Part shown: one piece after another, positions 15,536-25,850 of the stretch
How positions within the stretch are numbered: position 1 is the stretch's first letter
Layout of the letters: each line of letters begins with the position of its first letter
DNA from: an uncultured virus (IMG/VR IMGVR_UViG_3300003320_000087)
Taxonomy: Duplodnaviria; Heunggongvirae; Uroviricota; Caudoviricetes
Direction: 5' to 3' (one strand)
IMG/VR virus record: IMGVR_UViG_3300003320_000087
Coordinates: 1 to 64,000 of that record
Length of the DNA: 64,000 nt
Notes under the pieces: model-generated
The model's database searches: none
What the model saw: only the letters and a program-made list of their open reading frames with translations
Told to the model about the DNA's origin: nothing
Translations under genes and position numbers: made by a program

Positions 15536-15638
15536 ACAGCCTATGGAAATGAGTCCGGGTTGTCTATGGCGCTAAGTGCAGCGCTACTTAGGTGGTTATA
15601 CTTACCGACATACCCCGTCTTTGGACGGGGTTTTGTCG
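15536..15638 (+). ncRNA. candidate ~100-nt small RNA
   Basis: own promoter, three hairpins and terminator ACCCCGTC-TTTG-GACGGGGT-TTT; no SD-led ORF. Confidence 0.55.
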
Positions 15639-15670
15639 TTTAATCTCCATAGTGATATACTTTAATTACA

Positions 15671-17389
15671 ATGACTTATGTATATAGTGTATTGAGAGAC
15701 GGACCTATTGGATTGTGGTCTTTTGATTCTCTACCACTTAATGATTCTACTGGATATGGTAACAATGCCACTTATTCAGGTACTCCACAAACAACCCGCC
15801 CAATTGTGGCGGGCGGTGTTGCTGCTCAGTATCTAAGCTCAGACGACACAGTAAATTATCCAGTGTCCTCAATTATGATTGCTGGTCGAGAGTCCAGGGC
15901 ATTTTCTCTGGAGGCGTGGATTAAGCCTCAAAGCGGTACAGCAGCAATCTTGGCAAGAGACAATAGCGGACTCTTCCTTGACGGATTGACCCTTAGATTC
16001 TCGATGGACTTTTCTTCACTGGTTAGTGTTATTTATGAACACTTGCAGGCTGGTGAAATCTATCATGTTGTAGCTGTCTATGATGGCAAGTCAATGGTTT
16101 TGTATGTTAACGGGGAAACTGTTGCCAGTTCTGATATTGACGACTCAGAGATTTTGGCCGGGATTTCAGATACAACCACCAATCTTAAGACTACAATGAC
16201 AACAACTATGGTTATGGATACTCCAGCAGTATATAACTATGGACTAGATTACGTTCGTGTAAGCAGACATTACAACACTGGAATAAAGTACCCGCAAGTT
16301 GTCAATCTTTCAGCGAATAATTCTGGCAAGTATTATCTGTTCTCAGATGCATACAGTTCGGTATATGACACAGTTTCATTTGGTGAAACTGATGACTGGA
16401 ATTCAGGAATTTTCGCGGGTAATGTAACGTCAGTAGACGATGAGCTTGTCAATCTATTTGATGAAACAACAGGAGAGTGGCTTACTGGAACATGGACATA
16501 CCAATATTCTGTAGCAGGAGACGAAGGTTCCGGTATTACACTCAATGGCTCAAGAATCACATGGGACTCGCTTGACACAATCACTGTAGAAACATCAACA
16601 GACAATGTAACGTGGACTCCAGTAACAAATGGCAGTTCAATTGTTGGAACTCAGAGTCTGTCTTCTGGATGGGCTATTGCTGTCAGAGTAACTATTCCAA
16701 CAACAACTGACCATCAATCCACTGTTAGCAACCTGAAGGTTGTATTTTACACAGACAAGCATATTAAGGGTTCCGACGAGTCTCTTGTTGCTTCATTTAA
16801 TGCACCACTGACAGTCACATTGGCAGATATGGCATATCCACCAGCAAGTTTCAATGATAACGCCGGGGTTTTGTTGCCAGCATCCAATGGGATTTCAATT
16901 CCAGCAGACACAGACTTTGACCCTTATTCTGTAGTGGAGATGACTGTTAAATTCGATACCAGCACAGCGAGTAAGACGGTCCTTGCCCTAGGTTCTGCTT
17001 CAATTACATCAAATGGTTCGGGCCAGTGGGTTTCTACAGGACTCACCGCTTTGTACGTTGATGGAGTATCGGTTTCATCACCATTTTCTATTGCTGCGGG
17101 AAAGTGGCACCATGTGTTGGCTGTATTTCCGGCAACAACAGATATTGTTTATATTGGAAATAGTTCAGCAGGTTCTGCGGGCTACCCAATGAGGGTCGGA
17201 TATGTTGCCTTGTATCCAGACACTATCACATCAGGCACAGCAACTGCAATTTATGATGCTTGGGTTGGGGTAGCAGCAGTTCAGATGGAAGATGAGAATA
17301 CATCGAACATTTCTGAGCATATTTTTTCAGATACTTCGTCACCATTCAGGGGATATTCATTCGATTGGTCTATTACGGGCGCCGGATAA
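15671..17389 (+). CDS. virion protein with two LamG/ConA-like domains
   Basis: FSLEAWIKP, YHVVAVYDG...LYVNGE, WHHVLAV. Confidence 0.8.
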   Translation: MTYVYSVLRDGPIGLWSFDSLPLNDSTGYGNNATYSGTPQTTRPIVAGGVAAQYLSSDDTVNYPVSSIMIAGRESRAFSLEAWIKPQSGTAAILARDNSGLFLDGLTLRFSMDFSSLVSVIYEHLQAGEIYHVVAVYDGKSMVLYVNGETVASSDIDDSEILAGISDTTTNLKTTMTTTMVMDTPAVYNYGLDYVRVSRHYNTGIKYPQVVNLSANNSGKYYLFSDAYSSVYDTVSFGETDDWNSGIFAGNVTSVDDELVNLFDETTGEWLTGTWTYQYSVAGDEGSGITLNGSRITWDSLDTITVETSTDNVTWTPVTNGSSIVGTQSLSSGWAIAVRVTIPTTTDHQSTVSNLKVVFYTDKHIKGSDESLVASFNAPLTVTLADMAYPPASFNDNAGVLLPASNGISIPADTDFDPYSVVEMTVKFDTSTASKTVLALGSASITSNGSGQWVSTGLTALYVDGVSVSSPFSIAAGKWHHVLAVFPATTDIVYIGNSSAGSAGYPMRVGYVALYPDTITSGTATAIYDAWVGVAAVQMEDENTSNISEHIFSDTSSPFRGYSFDWSITGAG

Positions 17390-17484
17390 CCAACTTATGG
17401 ACAAAACTTGCCTCTAAAGCTGAATTTTGACGCAAAACTTGCCTAAATTTGCTCATAGGCAAGGATAAAGGTATAATTTCTGAT

Positions 17485-17802
17485 ATGAAGACTACACGAA
17501 AGCAAATTGTAGAAGAGGTCCCCTGGGGTGTTTATGTCTGGGAAATGCCTGATGGTCGCTGGATTGGCGACGATGAAGGCAATTTCTTGAGTATTGCATC
17601 CATGAAGGGTGATAAGAAGCGAATGCAGCAGCTAAAGGACTCTGTTCGCTCATATGGTGTTACCGAGGGTAAGCCATTCTTCCTTTCTGGTCACAGAAAG
17701 GTCTCAGATGAAGAGTTCGAAAATCAGAAGCGACGCATGGAATTCGGTTTGATTCCAGATGAGCTTGATATTGCAGCGTTTAGAGAGGGTCAGGTTAGCT
17801 AA
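17485..17802 (+). CDS. conserved hypothetical protein upstream of portal (leaderless)
   Basis: TTGCTC-17-TATAAT-7-ATG; stop overlaps portal start. Confidence 0.75.
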   Translation: MKTTRKQIVEEVPWGVYVWEMPDGRWIGDDEGNFLSIASMKGDKKRMQQLKDSVRSYGVTEGKPFFLSGHRKVSDEEFENQKRRMEFGLIPDELDIAAFREGQVS

Positions 17803-19385
17803 TGGCAAATAAGGTTGTATCAGCAGAGGAAGAGTCAAGGGAAATTGAGGTTAAGGTAGGCTCAATCGTAGAATATTCGGCATCTTCTTCTGAAATTGAT
17901 GTATTCTCAAAGTCAGCAGATGAAGTCCGTAAGATGGATGGAATCACTCCTGCCCTTAAGAGGAAGACGACTCGTGAAATCCAGAAGTTCCAACGTGGAA
18001 CTGGTGGAGCAAAGACCAAGCGTGAAGAGCGAGACGAGATTACGGGGTACAACCTATTTGAAGTAGTTATGCCACCCTATAATCTTGATTATCTAGCAGC
18101 TCTATACGAGAAGTCTTCTCCACATGCGGCAGCTGTTAAGGCTAAGGTCAAGAATATCGCCGGGTTGGGTTATCAGTTTGTAGAATCAGAGGCAACGAAG
18201 GAACTTCTAGACAGAGCAGAAGGAAATGAGTCTAAGCTTTCTCAGCTACGTAGGAGACTGTCCCGTGGTCGTATCCAGCTCAACGAGTGGCTTGACTCAT
18301 GTAATGAAGAGGATGAATTCGATGAGACTCTAGGGAAGCTGTGGACAGATTATGAAACCACCGGAAACGCTTACCTTGAGATTGGTAGAAAGAACACTGG
18401 AGAAATCGGATATCTTGGACATATTCCTGCAACTACATTGAGAATCCGTAAGCAGCGTGATGGATTTGTTCAGATTATCTCAAATCGGGCGGTTTTCTTT
18501 AGGAACTTTGGTGACAAGGAAACAACCGACCCAATTGGTCATGACCCACGTCCTAATGAGATTATCCACTTCAAGAAGTACACTCCTACACATGGATATT
18601 ACGGTGTTCCTGATATCATTTCTGCAATGACGGCGGTTACTGGTAATGAGTTCTCCGCTCGATTTAATCTTGATTATTTTGAGAACAAGGCAGTTCCTCG
18701 TTATGTTATCGTTATCAAGGGTGGCAACCTTTCTGCTCGTTCAGAGCAGCAGATTCTAGAATTCTTCCAGGCTTCTTTGAAGGGTAAGAATCACAGGACT
18801 CTGTATGTTCCACTTCCAGCAGATGAGGAAGGCAAGAAGGTTTCGTTCGAAATGAAGCCTGTTGAAACTGGAACGCAGGATTCTTCGTTCAATAATTACC
18901 GAAAGGGCAATCTGAACGAAATTCTGATGGCTCATGGAGTCCCTATCTCAAAGGTGTCTCTTGGTGAGGGAGTTTCTTTGGCGGCGGCTAGAGATGCAGA
19001 CAAGACGTTCAAGGAACAAGTATGTAGGCCAGACCAGAGAATTCTTGAAAAGAAGTTGAACAAGATTGTCAAGGAACTCACACAAGTATTTGTGTTGAAG
19101 TTGAATGAGCTTTCTTTGACTGATGAAGATACTCAGTCAAAGATTGATGAGCGTTACCTACGTCTTGGTACCTATTTGCCAAATGAGGTTCGTGCTCGTA
19201 AGGGTATGCCTGGCATTAAGGGCGGAGACAAGCCTGTAGAACTTAAGCCACAGCAGGCGGCAGAGCAAAAGACTCAGGCTTCCGGTAATAGAAAGAGGGA
19301 CCAGGAGCGTCAGGGTAATTCGACAGATTCCGCTTCCTCAAATAACACAAGAAATCCGCAAGGGGAAGGAAGACAGACCGCCTAA
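17802..19385 (+). CDS. portal protein
   Basis: DYETTGNAYLE, EIIHFK...YYGVP, YFENKAVP, PNEVRA; position. Confidence 0.9.
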   Translation: MANKVVSAEEESREIEVKVGSIVEYSASSSEIDVFSKSADEVRKMDGITPALKRKTTREIQKFQRGTGGAKTKREERDEITGYNLFEVVMPPYNLDYLAALYEKSSPHAAAVKAKVKNIAGLGYQFVESEATKELLDRAEGNESKLSQLRRRLSRGRIQLNEWLDSCNEEDEFDETLGKLWTDYETTGNAYLEIGRKNTGEIGYLGHIPATTLRIRKQRDGFVQIISNRAVFFRNFGDKETTDPIGHDPRPNEIIHFKKYTPTHGYYGVPDIISAMTAVTGNEFSARFNLDYFENKAVPRYVIVIKGGNLSARSEQQILEFFQASLKGKNHRTLYVPLPADEEGKKVSFEMKPVETGTQDSSFNNYRKGNLNEILMAHGVPISKVSLGEGVSLAAARDADKTFKEQVCRPDQRILEKKLNKIVKELTQVFVLKLNELSLTDEDTQSKIDERYLRLGTYLPNEVRARKGMPGIKGGDKPVELKPQQAAEQKTQASGNRKRDQERQGNSTDSASSNNTRNPQGEGRQTA

Positions 19386-19390
19386 TTTAA

Positions 19391-19825
19391 ATGGTTAAGA
19401 TTCTAAGAAGGGCTTGGGAGAGCCTAGCCACAGCTTTGGCTAGGCCAATCAATAAAGTAGCCGCAGTAGTTTTGTCAGTTTATACATTTCTCTGGGGGTT
19501 CTGGATTGCCAACCCCTTCTGGGATGTTTTTGGAAATGCACATGTATATGATTGGCTATCTAGTGTAGCCCCAGAAGAATATTGGGGTAGTATGGCAATG
19601 GCTGTTGGCGCAATCATGACTTATGGGGTAATTCGCGGCTCCAGAAAATCCTTGACGATTGGAGCATTTGTCGGTTTTATTCATTGGCTAATCATTGCCA
19701 TGGGATATTTTGCGGGTGACTGGAGAAATACCGGTGGAATTACATCAAGCGCAATGGCACTTTATTGTGCAGCTATCTATCTAAACATCAGATACCTTCA
19801 TTTTAAAGAAACACATCCCGAATAA
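19391..19825 (+). CDS. four-TM membrane protein
   Basis: four hydrophobic helices. Confidence 0.75.
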   Translation: MVKILRRAWESLATALARPINKVAAVVLSVYTFLWGFWIANPFWDVFGNAHVYDWLSSVAPEEYWGSMAMAVGAIMTYGVIRGSRKSLTIGAFVGFIHWLIIAMGYFAGDWRNTGGITSSAMALYCAAIYLNIRYLHFKETHPE

Positions 19826-19861
19826 TTTGCCTTTTTAAAAGGCGGCTGATAATATACAACT

Positions 19862-21175
19862 ATGGAGATTAAGAAGGCTCAGTGGGCTTCAGATGGCGAA
19901 AGTATTCGTCTGACGATGCCACTTTCTAAGGTTGATAAGGAGAACCGCCTAGTTTCAGGGTGGGCCTCTCTTGACAACGCTGATAGCCAAGGAGATGTAG
20001 TTCTCAAGGAGGCCAACCAGCGTGCATTCAGCCGTTTCCGTGGAAACATCCGAGAGATGCATCAGCCAATTGCTGTTGGTCGCATGGTTGATTTCAAGGA
20101 AGACTCCTACTTCGACCAGGAGACGCAGAAGTTCTATAATGGAATTTTTGTTACAGTATATGTTTCCAAGGGTGCGCAGGATACTTGGGAGAAGGTTCTA
20201 GACGGAACGCTCCAGGGATTTTCTATCGGCGGTGCGATTAAGGATGCTGAGACTCAGTGGGTAAAGGAAGCAAATGCAGCCATCCGCTTTGTTAAGGACT
20301 ATGACCTAGTTGAACTAAGCTTGGTAGATTCTCCAGCTAACCAGCTTGCAAATATCTTCTCTATTACAAAGTCATCTGATGGTGAGGTTGTAATGAAGGG
20401 AATTGTAGCAGATACTCATTCAGAGAATGTCTACTACTGTGAGCAGGATGGTATTGCTAAGACTTCCACTGATGAGTCAGCAGAATGCGGTAACTGCGGT
20501 TCCGCAATGCAAAACATTGGATGGTTTGAGTACGGCAGCGATGAAGAGAAGGCGGAAAAGGTTTCGTCACTAGTTGCTGCACGTAATTCTTCTAACACGA
20601 GCGGTTCAGAGGAACCAATCGCTAAGCAGGATACTGCACAAAACGAAGGAGGTGTAATCGTGGCAGAAGAGAACAAGAATTCTGAGACTGAGGTTCCGGC
20701 CGGTTCTACTTCAACTGAGGTTAACGAAGTTGCAGAAGAAGGAAAGGCTGAGACTGAAGTTGAGTCAAGCACAGAGACAGTAGCAGAAGAGGCAAAGAAG
20801 GAAGAGGAGACCGCCGACAATTCGGAGGTTGCTCCAGAGCCAGACATTGCAAAGATGTTTGGTGACCTACAGACTGCTATTTCGTCTGGCCTTGAGAAGA
20901 ATGCAAAGGCGGCTGAGGAAGCAATTGCTAAGGCAGCAGAAGCATTCGAGACCAAGGTAGGAGAACTTGTAGAGAAGCACGAAGAGCTTGTAAATAAGTT
21001 TGAGTCTCTAAAGACTGACATCGGTGGCGTTGAAAAGCGTCTTGAGGGTGTAGAGTCTGAGACTGCTATGAAGAAGTCCGGAGACCTAGGCGGGTCAACG
21101 GAGGATACCCTAAAGAAGAGTAAGGGTTCAACGTGGGGCGGGCGCTTCCTCGGCCTTTCCGACCTACAAAACTAA
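19862..21175 (+). CDS. prohead protease fused to scaffold
   Basis: HK97-type IREMH, GFSIGG, ELSLVDSPAN; acidic coiled-coil C-terminus. Confidence 0.88.
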   Translation: MEIKKAQWASDGESIRLTMPLSKVDKENRLVSGWASLDNADSQGDVVLKEANQRAFSRFRGNIREMHQPIAVGRMVDFKEDSYFDQETQKFYNGIFVTVYVSKGAQDTWEKVLDGTLQGFSIGGAIKDAETQWVKEANAAIRFVKDYDLVELSLVDSPANQLANIFSITKSSDGEVVMKGIVADTHSENVYYCEQDGIAKTSTDESAECGNCGSAMQNIGWFEYGSDEEKAEKVSSLVAARNSSNTSGSEEPIAKQDTAQNEGGVIVAEENKNSETEVPAGSTSTEVNEVAEEGKAETEVESSTETVAEEAKKEEETADNSEVAPEPDIAKMFGDLQTAISSGLEKNAKAAEEAIAKAAEAFETKVGELVEKHEELVNKFESLKTDIGGVEKRLEGVESETAMKKSGDLGGSTEDTLKKSKGSTWGGRFLGLSDLQN

Positions 21176-21206
21176 TTTCTAGGAAATATGGAGGTGACAC
21201 AAACAG

Positions 21207-22205
21207 ATGAGTAATACAGAACTACTAGAGAAGGTTATCCGTACTACCGAGGTTGGTTCCGGTGGTGGTGGTCTTCTTAACGCAGAGCAGGCAGACCGTT
21301 TCATTGATTACATGTGGGATGCAACTGTACTTGGTTCACAGGTACGTACAATCCGCATGCGTGCAACGGAGCAGGACATCGACAAGATTGGTGTTGGAGA
21401 GCGTCTAATGCGTGTTGCAACTGAGGCTGTTGACGACGGTGTCAACGCTGGTGCGACATTCACCAAGATTTCTCTAACTACAAAGAAGTTGCGTCTTGAC
21501 TGGGAGCTTTCAACCGAGTCTCTTGAGGACAACATTGAAGGTGACGCTCTTGAGGACCACATTGCGCGCCTTATGGCAACGCAGGCGGGTAACGACATTG
21601 AGGATGTTGCTATTAACGGTAACACCGCTCTTACTTCAGACCCGCTGATGAAGGCATTTGACGGTTGGCGTAAGCTAGCCCTTGCAGGTGGACACGTTGT
21701 TGACCACGCTGGACAGCCACTTAACCGTGCTGCTGCCAACAAGGCTCTTAAGGCAATGCCACGTAAGTACATGCAGCGACGTAACGGTCTTAAGTTCTTC
21801 ACCGGTTCAAACCTAATTCAGGATTACCTATACGGTCTAACACAGACTGCTTCTGGCCTAATCAGCCTTGAGCAGGTTGCGCAGAACGTAACCCAGAACG
21901 GTGTTCGTACTGAGGGTCCTGCTGGATTTACCAGTCAGGCAATCTTCGGTGTTCCAGTTCAGGAGGTTCCACTATTCCTTGAGACAGTGGATGGTGACTA
22001 CTCAGGTGCTACAGGTGACCATGGTGACCTATGGCTAACATTCCCACAGAACATGCTTTGGGGTGTAAAGCGTGAGATTCAGGTTTACCGTGAGTTCAAG
22101 CCAAAGAAGGACACAATCGAGTACACAATGTACTGCCGTGTTGGTACACAGATTGAGAATGCAGACGCTTTCGTTGTTGTAAAGAACGTTAAGGTCTCAG
22201 CCTAA
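21207..22205 (+). CDS. major capsid protein (HK97 fold)
   Basis: GGGLLNAEQADRF, STESLEDNIEG, AINGN; strong SD, biased codons, follows protease. Confidence 0.9.
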   Translation: MSNTELLEKVIRTTEVGSGGGGLLNAEQADRFIDYMWDATVLGSQVRTIRMRATEQDIDKIGVGERLMRVATEAVDDGVNAGATFTKISLTTKKLRLDWELSTESLEDNIEGDALEDHIARLMATQAGNDIEDVAINGNTALTSDPLMKAFDGWRKLALAGGHVVDHAGQPLNRAAANKALKAMPRKYMQRRNGLKFFTGSNLIQDYLYGLTQTASGLISLEQVAQNVTQNGVRTEGPAGFTSQAIFGVPVQEVPLFLETVDGDYSGATGDHGDLWLTFPQNMLWGVKREIQVYREFKPKKDTIEYTMYCRVGTQIENADAFVVVKNVKVSA

Positions 22206-22219
22206 AATTCTGTTTGACG

Positions 22220-22244
22220 AACCCCGCCCAAAAGGGCGGGGTTT
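22220..22244 (+). terminator. intrinsic terminator after capsid gene
   Basis: AACCCCGCCC-AAAA-GGGCGGGGTT-TC. Confidence 0.8.
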
Positions 22245-22297
22245 CGTGTTTTACACAAGCTTCTGCTATAATGAAATCAACATGGAGGATATGATTA

Positions 22298-22687
22298 ATG
22301 AGTTTTGAGACACTAAAGAAGGAAGACCTTCTGAAGATTGCCGATGATTACGGCGTAGAAACAAAGCCAACCGACACTAAGGCGGTCATTATTGCTGCGC
22401 TTGCTGAGGATGGCGTTAATTGGGAAGATGTTGCTAAGATGGACAAGACTGTTGCAGAACAGGATGCTGTTCTAAAGGAAGAGGCTGCTGAAAAGAAGTC
22501 TAATGGACCTAAGCAGCTTCTTAAGATGCTTCGTGCGAATGGAACATACGAAATTCGCGGGATTAAGTTCACCAAGGAACACCCATTTGCTCTTGTACCA
22601 GAAGATGATGCTGAGTATATCGTAGAAAGCGATGCTCAGGGATTCCGTTACGCAACTCCAAAGGAGGCTGCGGAATATTATGGCTGA
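22298..22687 (+). CDS. hypothetical protein with N-terminal HeH/Rho-N-like motif
   Basis: LKKEDLLKIADDYGV...TKAVIIAAL. Confidence 0.7.
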   Translation: MSFETLKKEDLLKIADDYGVETKPTDTKAVIIAALAEDGVNWEDVAKMDKTVAEQDAVLKEEAAEKKSNGPKQLLKMLRANGTYEIRGIKFTKEHPFALVPEDDAEYIVESDAQGFRYATPKEAAEYYG

Positions 22688-23066
22688 TATTGTCTTCCCA
22701 GGAATGGCAGCGGGGGGTCCTATTGGACAGGACTATCTTCCTGCCAATTATGACCTTGTGCTGTATAAGGGAGACTATCTACCATTTACAGTAACTCTTA
22801 AGGACAGCCAGGGTAATGCGATTGACCTAACGGGTCATACAGCAAAGTGCAGTCTAAGGACGTCCTTTGATGCAGTAGAATCTTTTGACGCAGATTGCAC
22901 AATTACTCCGTCAGAGGGAACAATTGATATTGTATTTCCATCATCGTTGACATCAACTTTGACAGCAAGTTCCTACATTTGGGATTTTCAGGTAACTGAT
23001 GAAGATGGAAATAACAGAACGTATTTTGCTGGTGACGTCACAGTATACTCAGAGGTAACAAGGTGA
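22680..23066 (+). CDS. BppU-N-like virion attachment protein
   Basis: LYKGD...[13 protein letters not shown]...[15 protein letters not shown]. Confidence 0.65.
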   Translation: MADIVFPGMAAGGPIGQDYLPANYDLVLYKGDYLPFTVTLKDSQGNAIDLTGHTAKCSLRTSFDAVESFDADCTITPSEGTIDIVFPSSLTSTLTASSYIWDFQVTDEDGNNRTYFAGDVTVYSEVTR

Positions 23067-23617
23067 CAACCCCATCAGGGCCAATTAATATTGAAATTGT
23101 GCAGGCGGAGTCCCCAATGGTATCTATTACCAGGACTCCGCCACCTGGTGTTTCTGTTTCAGGTTCTGGGCCAAGAGGTCCGCAGGGAATTCAGGGACCT
23201 ACAGGGGCTACCGGAGCGACAGGGCCCAAAGGAGATAAAGGCGACACTGGTAATACTGGTGCAACAGGAGCCACGGGCGCAACTGGTCCTGCCGGAAATA
23301 ATGGTACAGATGGTGCACAATGGTTGAATGGAACAGTAAATCCAACAAGTGGCCAGGGTGTTGTTGGAGACTGGTTTATTAATACAACAAGTCAGGATGT
23401 ATTTAAGAAGACTAATTCAACCACATGGACATTGCAAGTCAATATTAAGGGTGCCACTGGTGCTACTGGAAGTACAGGTGCGCAAGGTGTCAAGGGCGAT
23501 ACTGGAGCAGCCGGACCAAATAATTTGGTTATTGTTACGGCTGGAACTGCACTACCAACCGACCCAACAGAACTAGCTGCTCTTGAAGGCAAGTTGTGGG
23601 TGGAGTACACGCCATGA
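23063..23617 (+). CDS. collagen-like fibre protein
   Basis: two Gly-X-Y repeat tracts flanking a [10 protein letters not shown] module. Confidence 0.85.
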   Translation: MTTPSGPINIEIVQAESPMVSITRTPPPGVSVSGSGPRGPQGIQGPTGATGATGPKGDKGDTGNTGATGATGATGPAGNNGTDGAQWLNGTVNPTSGQGVVGDWFINTTSQDVFKKTNSTTWTLQVNIKGATGATGSTGAQGVKGDTGAAGPNNLVIVTAGTALPTDPTELAALEGKLWVEYTP

Positions 23618-24396
23618 CAGGAGTTCTACTTGGTGAGTGGGGATTTCTCGATAATCTGAATGATACATCTGGTCATGGTCATACAGCTACTGTAAATTAC
23701 ACTCCAACGTATGTAAATGGACCTCATGCTGGTTCACGGGGGATTACATTTTCGGCAGACGGACAGACTATTACTTATGGCCGAACAGGTCTAGAACCAG
23801 TCGCATCAGACGGGGGTGTTTGTATGATGGCTTGGGTTAAACTTTCGGCATCATCAACCGGATATCTTGGAGTTATCCATAAGCACAGAGACCCAAGCTC
23901 ATTGTCTACTAGAGCAGGCTGTGACATGATTGGGAACAAGTTCAGACCATTTGCGAGATGGCGTGACCAGCTAGCTTTTGCAGATGGAATTGGCCCGGAT
24001 TTGAACGATAACACTTGGCATCATCTTGCTGTAGTAGATGCAGATGACAGATATGAATGGTATGTCGATGGAACAAGTGTTCAGTCTGCAAGTAGAACGG
24101 GAACGGGAAGTGTAACTTGGGAGCCTTATCCATGGTTTAGTGGTTTTACTGCGGACATGCATTCAAGCTCTCTGCTTTCAATTTCTGGAGTGAGGATTTT
24201 TTCCGGGTCACTGACAACAACTGAAGTAAATACATGGAAGAACACTGCTATTACATCTGCTCAGCCGGGAAATATTATTGTGGGCGGTATTAAGAAGCCG
24301 GTTTCTTCAAAGTCTGCCATTGTCGGCGGGGTTAAGAAGTCAGTTTCAGGTGCATATGTTATTGTAGGTGGAGTAAAGAAGCCTGCAAACCTATAA
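23614..24396 (+). CDS. LamG-domain fibre tip protein
   Basis: [23 protein letters not shown]-terminal IVGGxKK x3. Confidence 0.75.
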   Translation: MTGVLLGEWGFLDNLNDTSGHGHTATVNYTPTYVNGPHAGSRGITFSADGQTITYGRTGLEPVASDGGVCMMAWVKLSASSTGYLGVIHKHRDPSSLSTRAGCDMIGNKFRPFARWRDQLAFADGIGPDLNDNTWHHLAVVDADDRYEWYVDGTSVQSASRTGTGSVTWEPYPWFSGFTADMHSSSLLSISGVRIFSGSLTTTEVNTWKNTAITSAQPGNIIVGGIKKPVSSKSAIVGGVKKSVSGAYVIVGGVKKPANL

Positions 24397-24440
24397 CTCA
24401 ATTTTAGGTTTTATATATTCAAATGTGATATACTGACGAC

Positions 24441-25361
24441 ATGGAAATCTATAGAAATGAACTAGCAAATATTGACCTGAAGGTGCCTGTCACTGCGGTC
24501 AGTGGAACCTTTGAGGTAGCTGCCTATGAAGGTAACACACTGCTGTACACGTTCGCAACTGTATCACAGATTTCTGGTGGCTATAGAGTCGTGCTTCCAT
24601 TCAGCCTTGTTCAGTCAGATAAGACTATCCAGATTAGATGGAAGTTCAATTATGTTGAAAATTCTGTAACCAAGACATACAACTACACTACTGTTGTTGA
24701 TGTTGTGACTCCGTATGTGACTTTGGATGAAATTAAGGAAGCTATTCCTGAAGTTTTGACCATGTTCGATACCACTGACAAGATGGACCTTGAGCTGAAG
24801 AGGCTTGAGAGAAGGATTCGCGGCATTATTGATAATTATACCGGGCAGTCATTTGGCAGGTATGTTGGAACACGTGAGGTGATTGGTTCTGGTGATGAAG
24901 AGCTTAAGCTTTCTGATAGGCTGGTTTCTCTAGAAAACATTGCTGGAGCGAATATTATTTACTCAAGTGACGGCATTTCTTCTCCTGGCCTTTACACTTC
25001 TAGAGGAGACGGATGGTACATTGGATTTTCCGCCCCAACTCCTACAGGTGATTATGTGTTTGAGAATGTTATCAGAGACCCGGACAGTGTTTATTCGCGC
25101 GGGTTTAGGGATAATTTTGTCTATACAATTACTGGAGTATGGGGATGGGACGATGTTCCTGCCGAAGTTAAAGAAGCAGCCCTGTCACTTTGTGAAGATG
25201 AATTGTGTCCACAAGCAGAATATAGAGACAGATACTTGAAGAGCATTTCTGGAGATGGCTGGAGATACGAGTACAATCCAAATGCTTACTATGGAACAGG
25301 AAGTGTGATTGTAGACCAGCTTCTTGAGCCTTTCCGACGTAGCACTATGGTTGTGATTTAA
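24441..25361 (+). CDS. head-to-tail adaptor
   Basis: PYVTLDEI, IDNYTGQSF, WGWDDVPAEVKEAA, VDQLLEPFR. Confidence 0.75.
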   Translation: MEIYRNELANIDLKVPVTAVSGTFEVAAYEGNTLLYTFATVSQISGGYRVVLPFSLVQSDKTIQIRWKFNYVENSVTKTYNYTTVVDVVTPYVTLDEIKEAIPEVLTMFDTTDKMDLELKRLERRIRGIIDNYTGQSFGRYVGTREVIGSGDEELKLSDRLVSLENIAGANIIYSSDGISSPGLYTSRGDGWYIGFSAPTPTGDYVFENVIRDPDSVYSRGFRDNFVYTITGVWGWDDVPAEVKEAALSLCEDELCPQAEYRDRYLKSISGDGWRYEYNPNAYYGTGSVIVDQLLEPFRRSTMVVI

Positions 25362-25850
25362 TTGATTAGATGTCTAGCAAGTGCGAAGTTCAGTATGCTG
25401 GCAGACATTGTGAAGCCTGATGCTGCACCAGATGATTCTTCATCATCAACAGGTCATTGGGAATGGGTTCAGGACCCTGATTCCTGGGCTTTCATTCAGG
25501 TTTGGGTAACAGATGACCCAAATACCCCGGATGTGGAAGGTCATGTTGTCACAGTTAAGTGTCGTGCTAAGGCTGCAATGACCGGAAGCATCCGAGCAGC
25601 AGAACAGTTTGGCTCAGAGTATTTGAATGAGGAGTGGGTTAAGCTCGAACTACCATTTAATGCCGATATTACTCTGAGAGACAGAGTAGCCAATATCAGG
25701 ACTCTCAAGGGACAGACTCTTTGGTCTGAAGAGGAATCTGATGGCAATCCACCAACTACATTCGATGTATTCAGGGTTTCTCCTGAAATCGACGGGTTTG
25801 GAATGCTTATTGGCAAAATTGCTCTAGTCAAGAGGGCGGTTGTTCAATAA
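25362..25850 (+). CDS. head-to-tail stopper (putative)
   Basis: size, position, DITLRDRV motif. Confidence 0.6.
   Translation: MIRCLASAKFSMLADIVKPDAAPDDSSSSTGHWEWVQDPDSWAFIQVWVTDDPNTPDVEGHVVTVKCRAKAAMTGSIRAAEQFGSEYLNEEWVKLELPFNADITLRDRVANIRTLKGQTLWSEEESDGNPPTTFDVFRVSPEIDGFGMLIGKIALVKRAVVQ

Noticed and set aside
23160..23520. Repetitive DNA in the collagen gene as a repeat array
   Set aside because: Explained by Gly-X-Y coding
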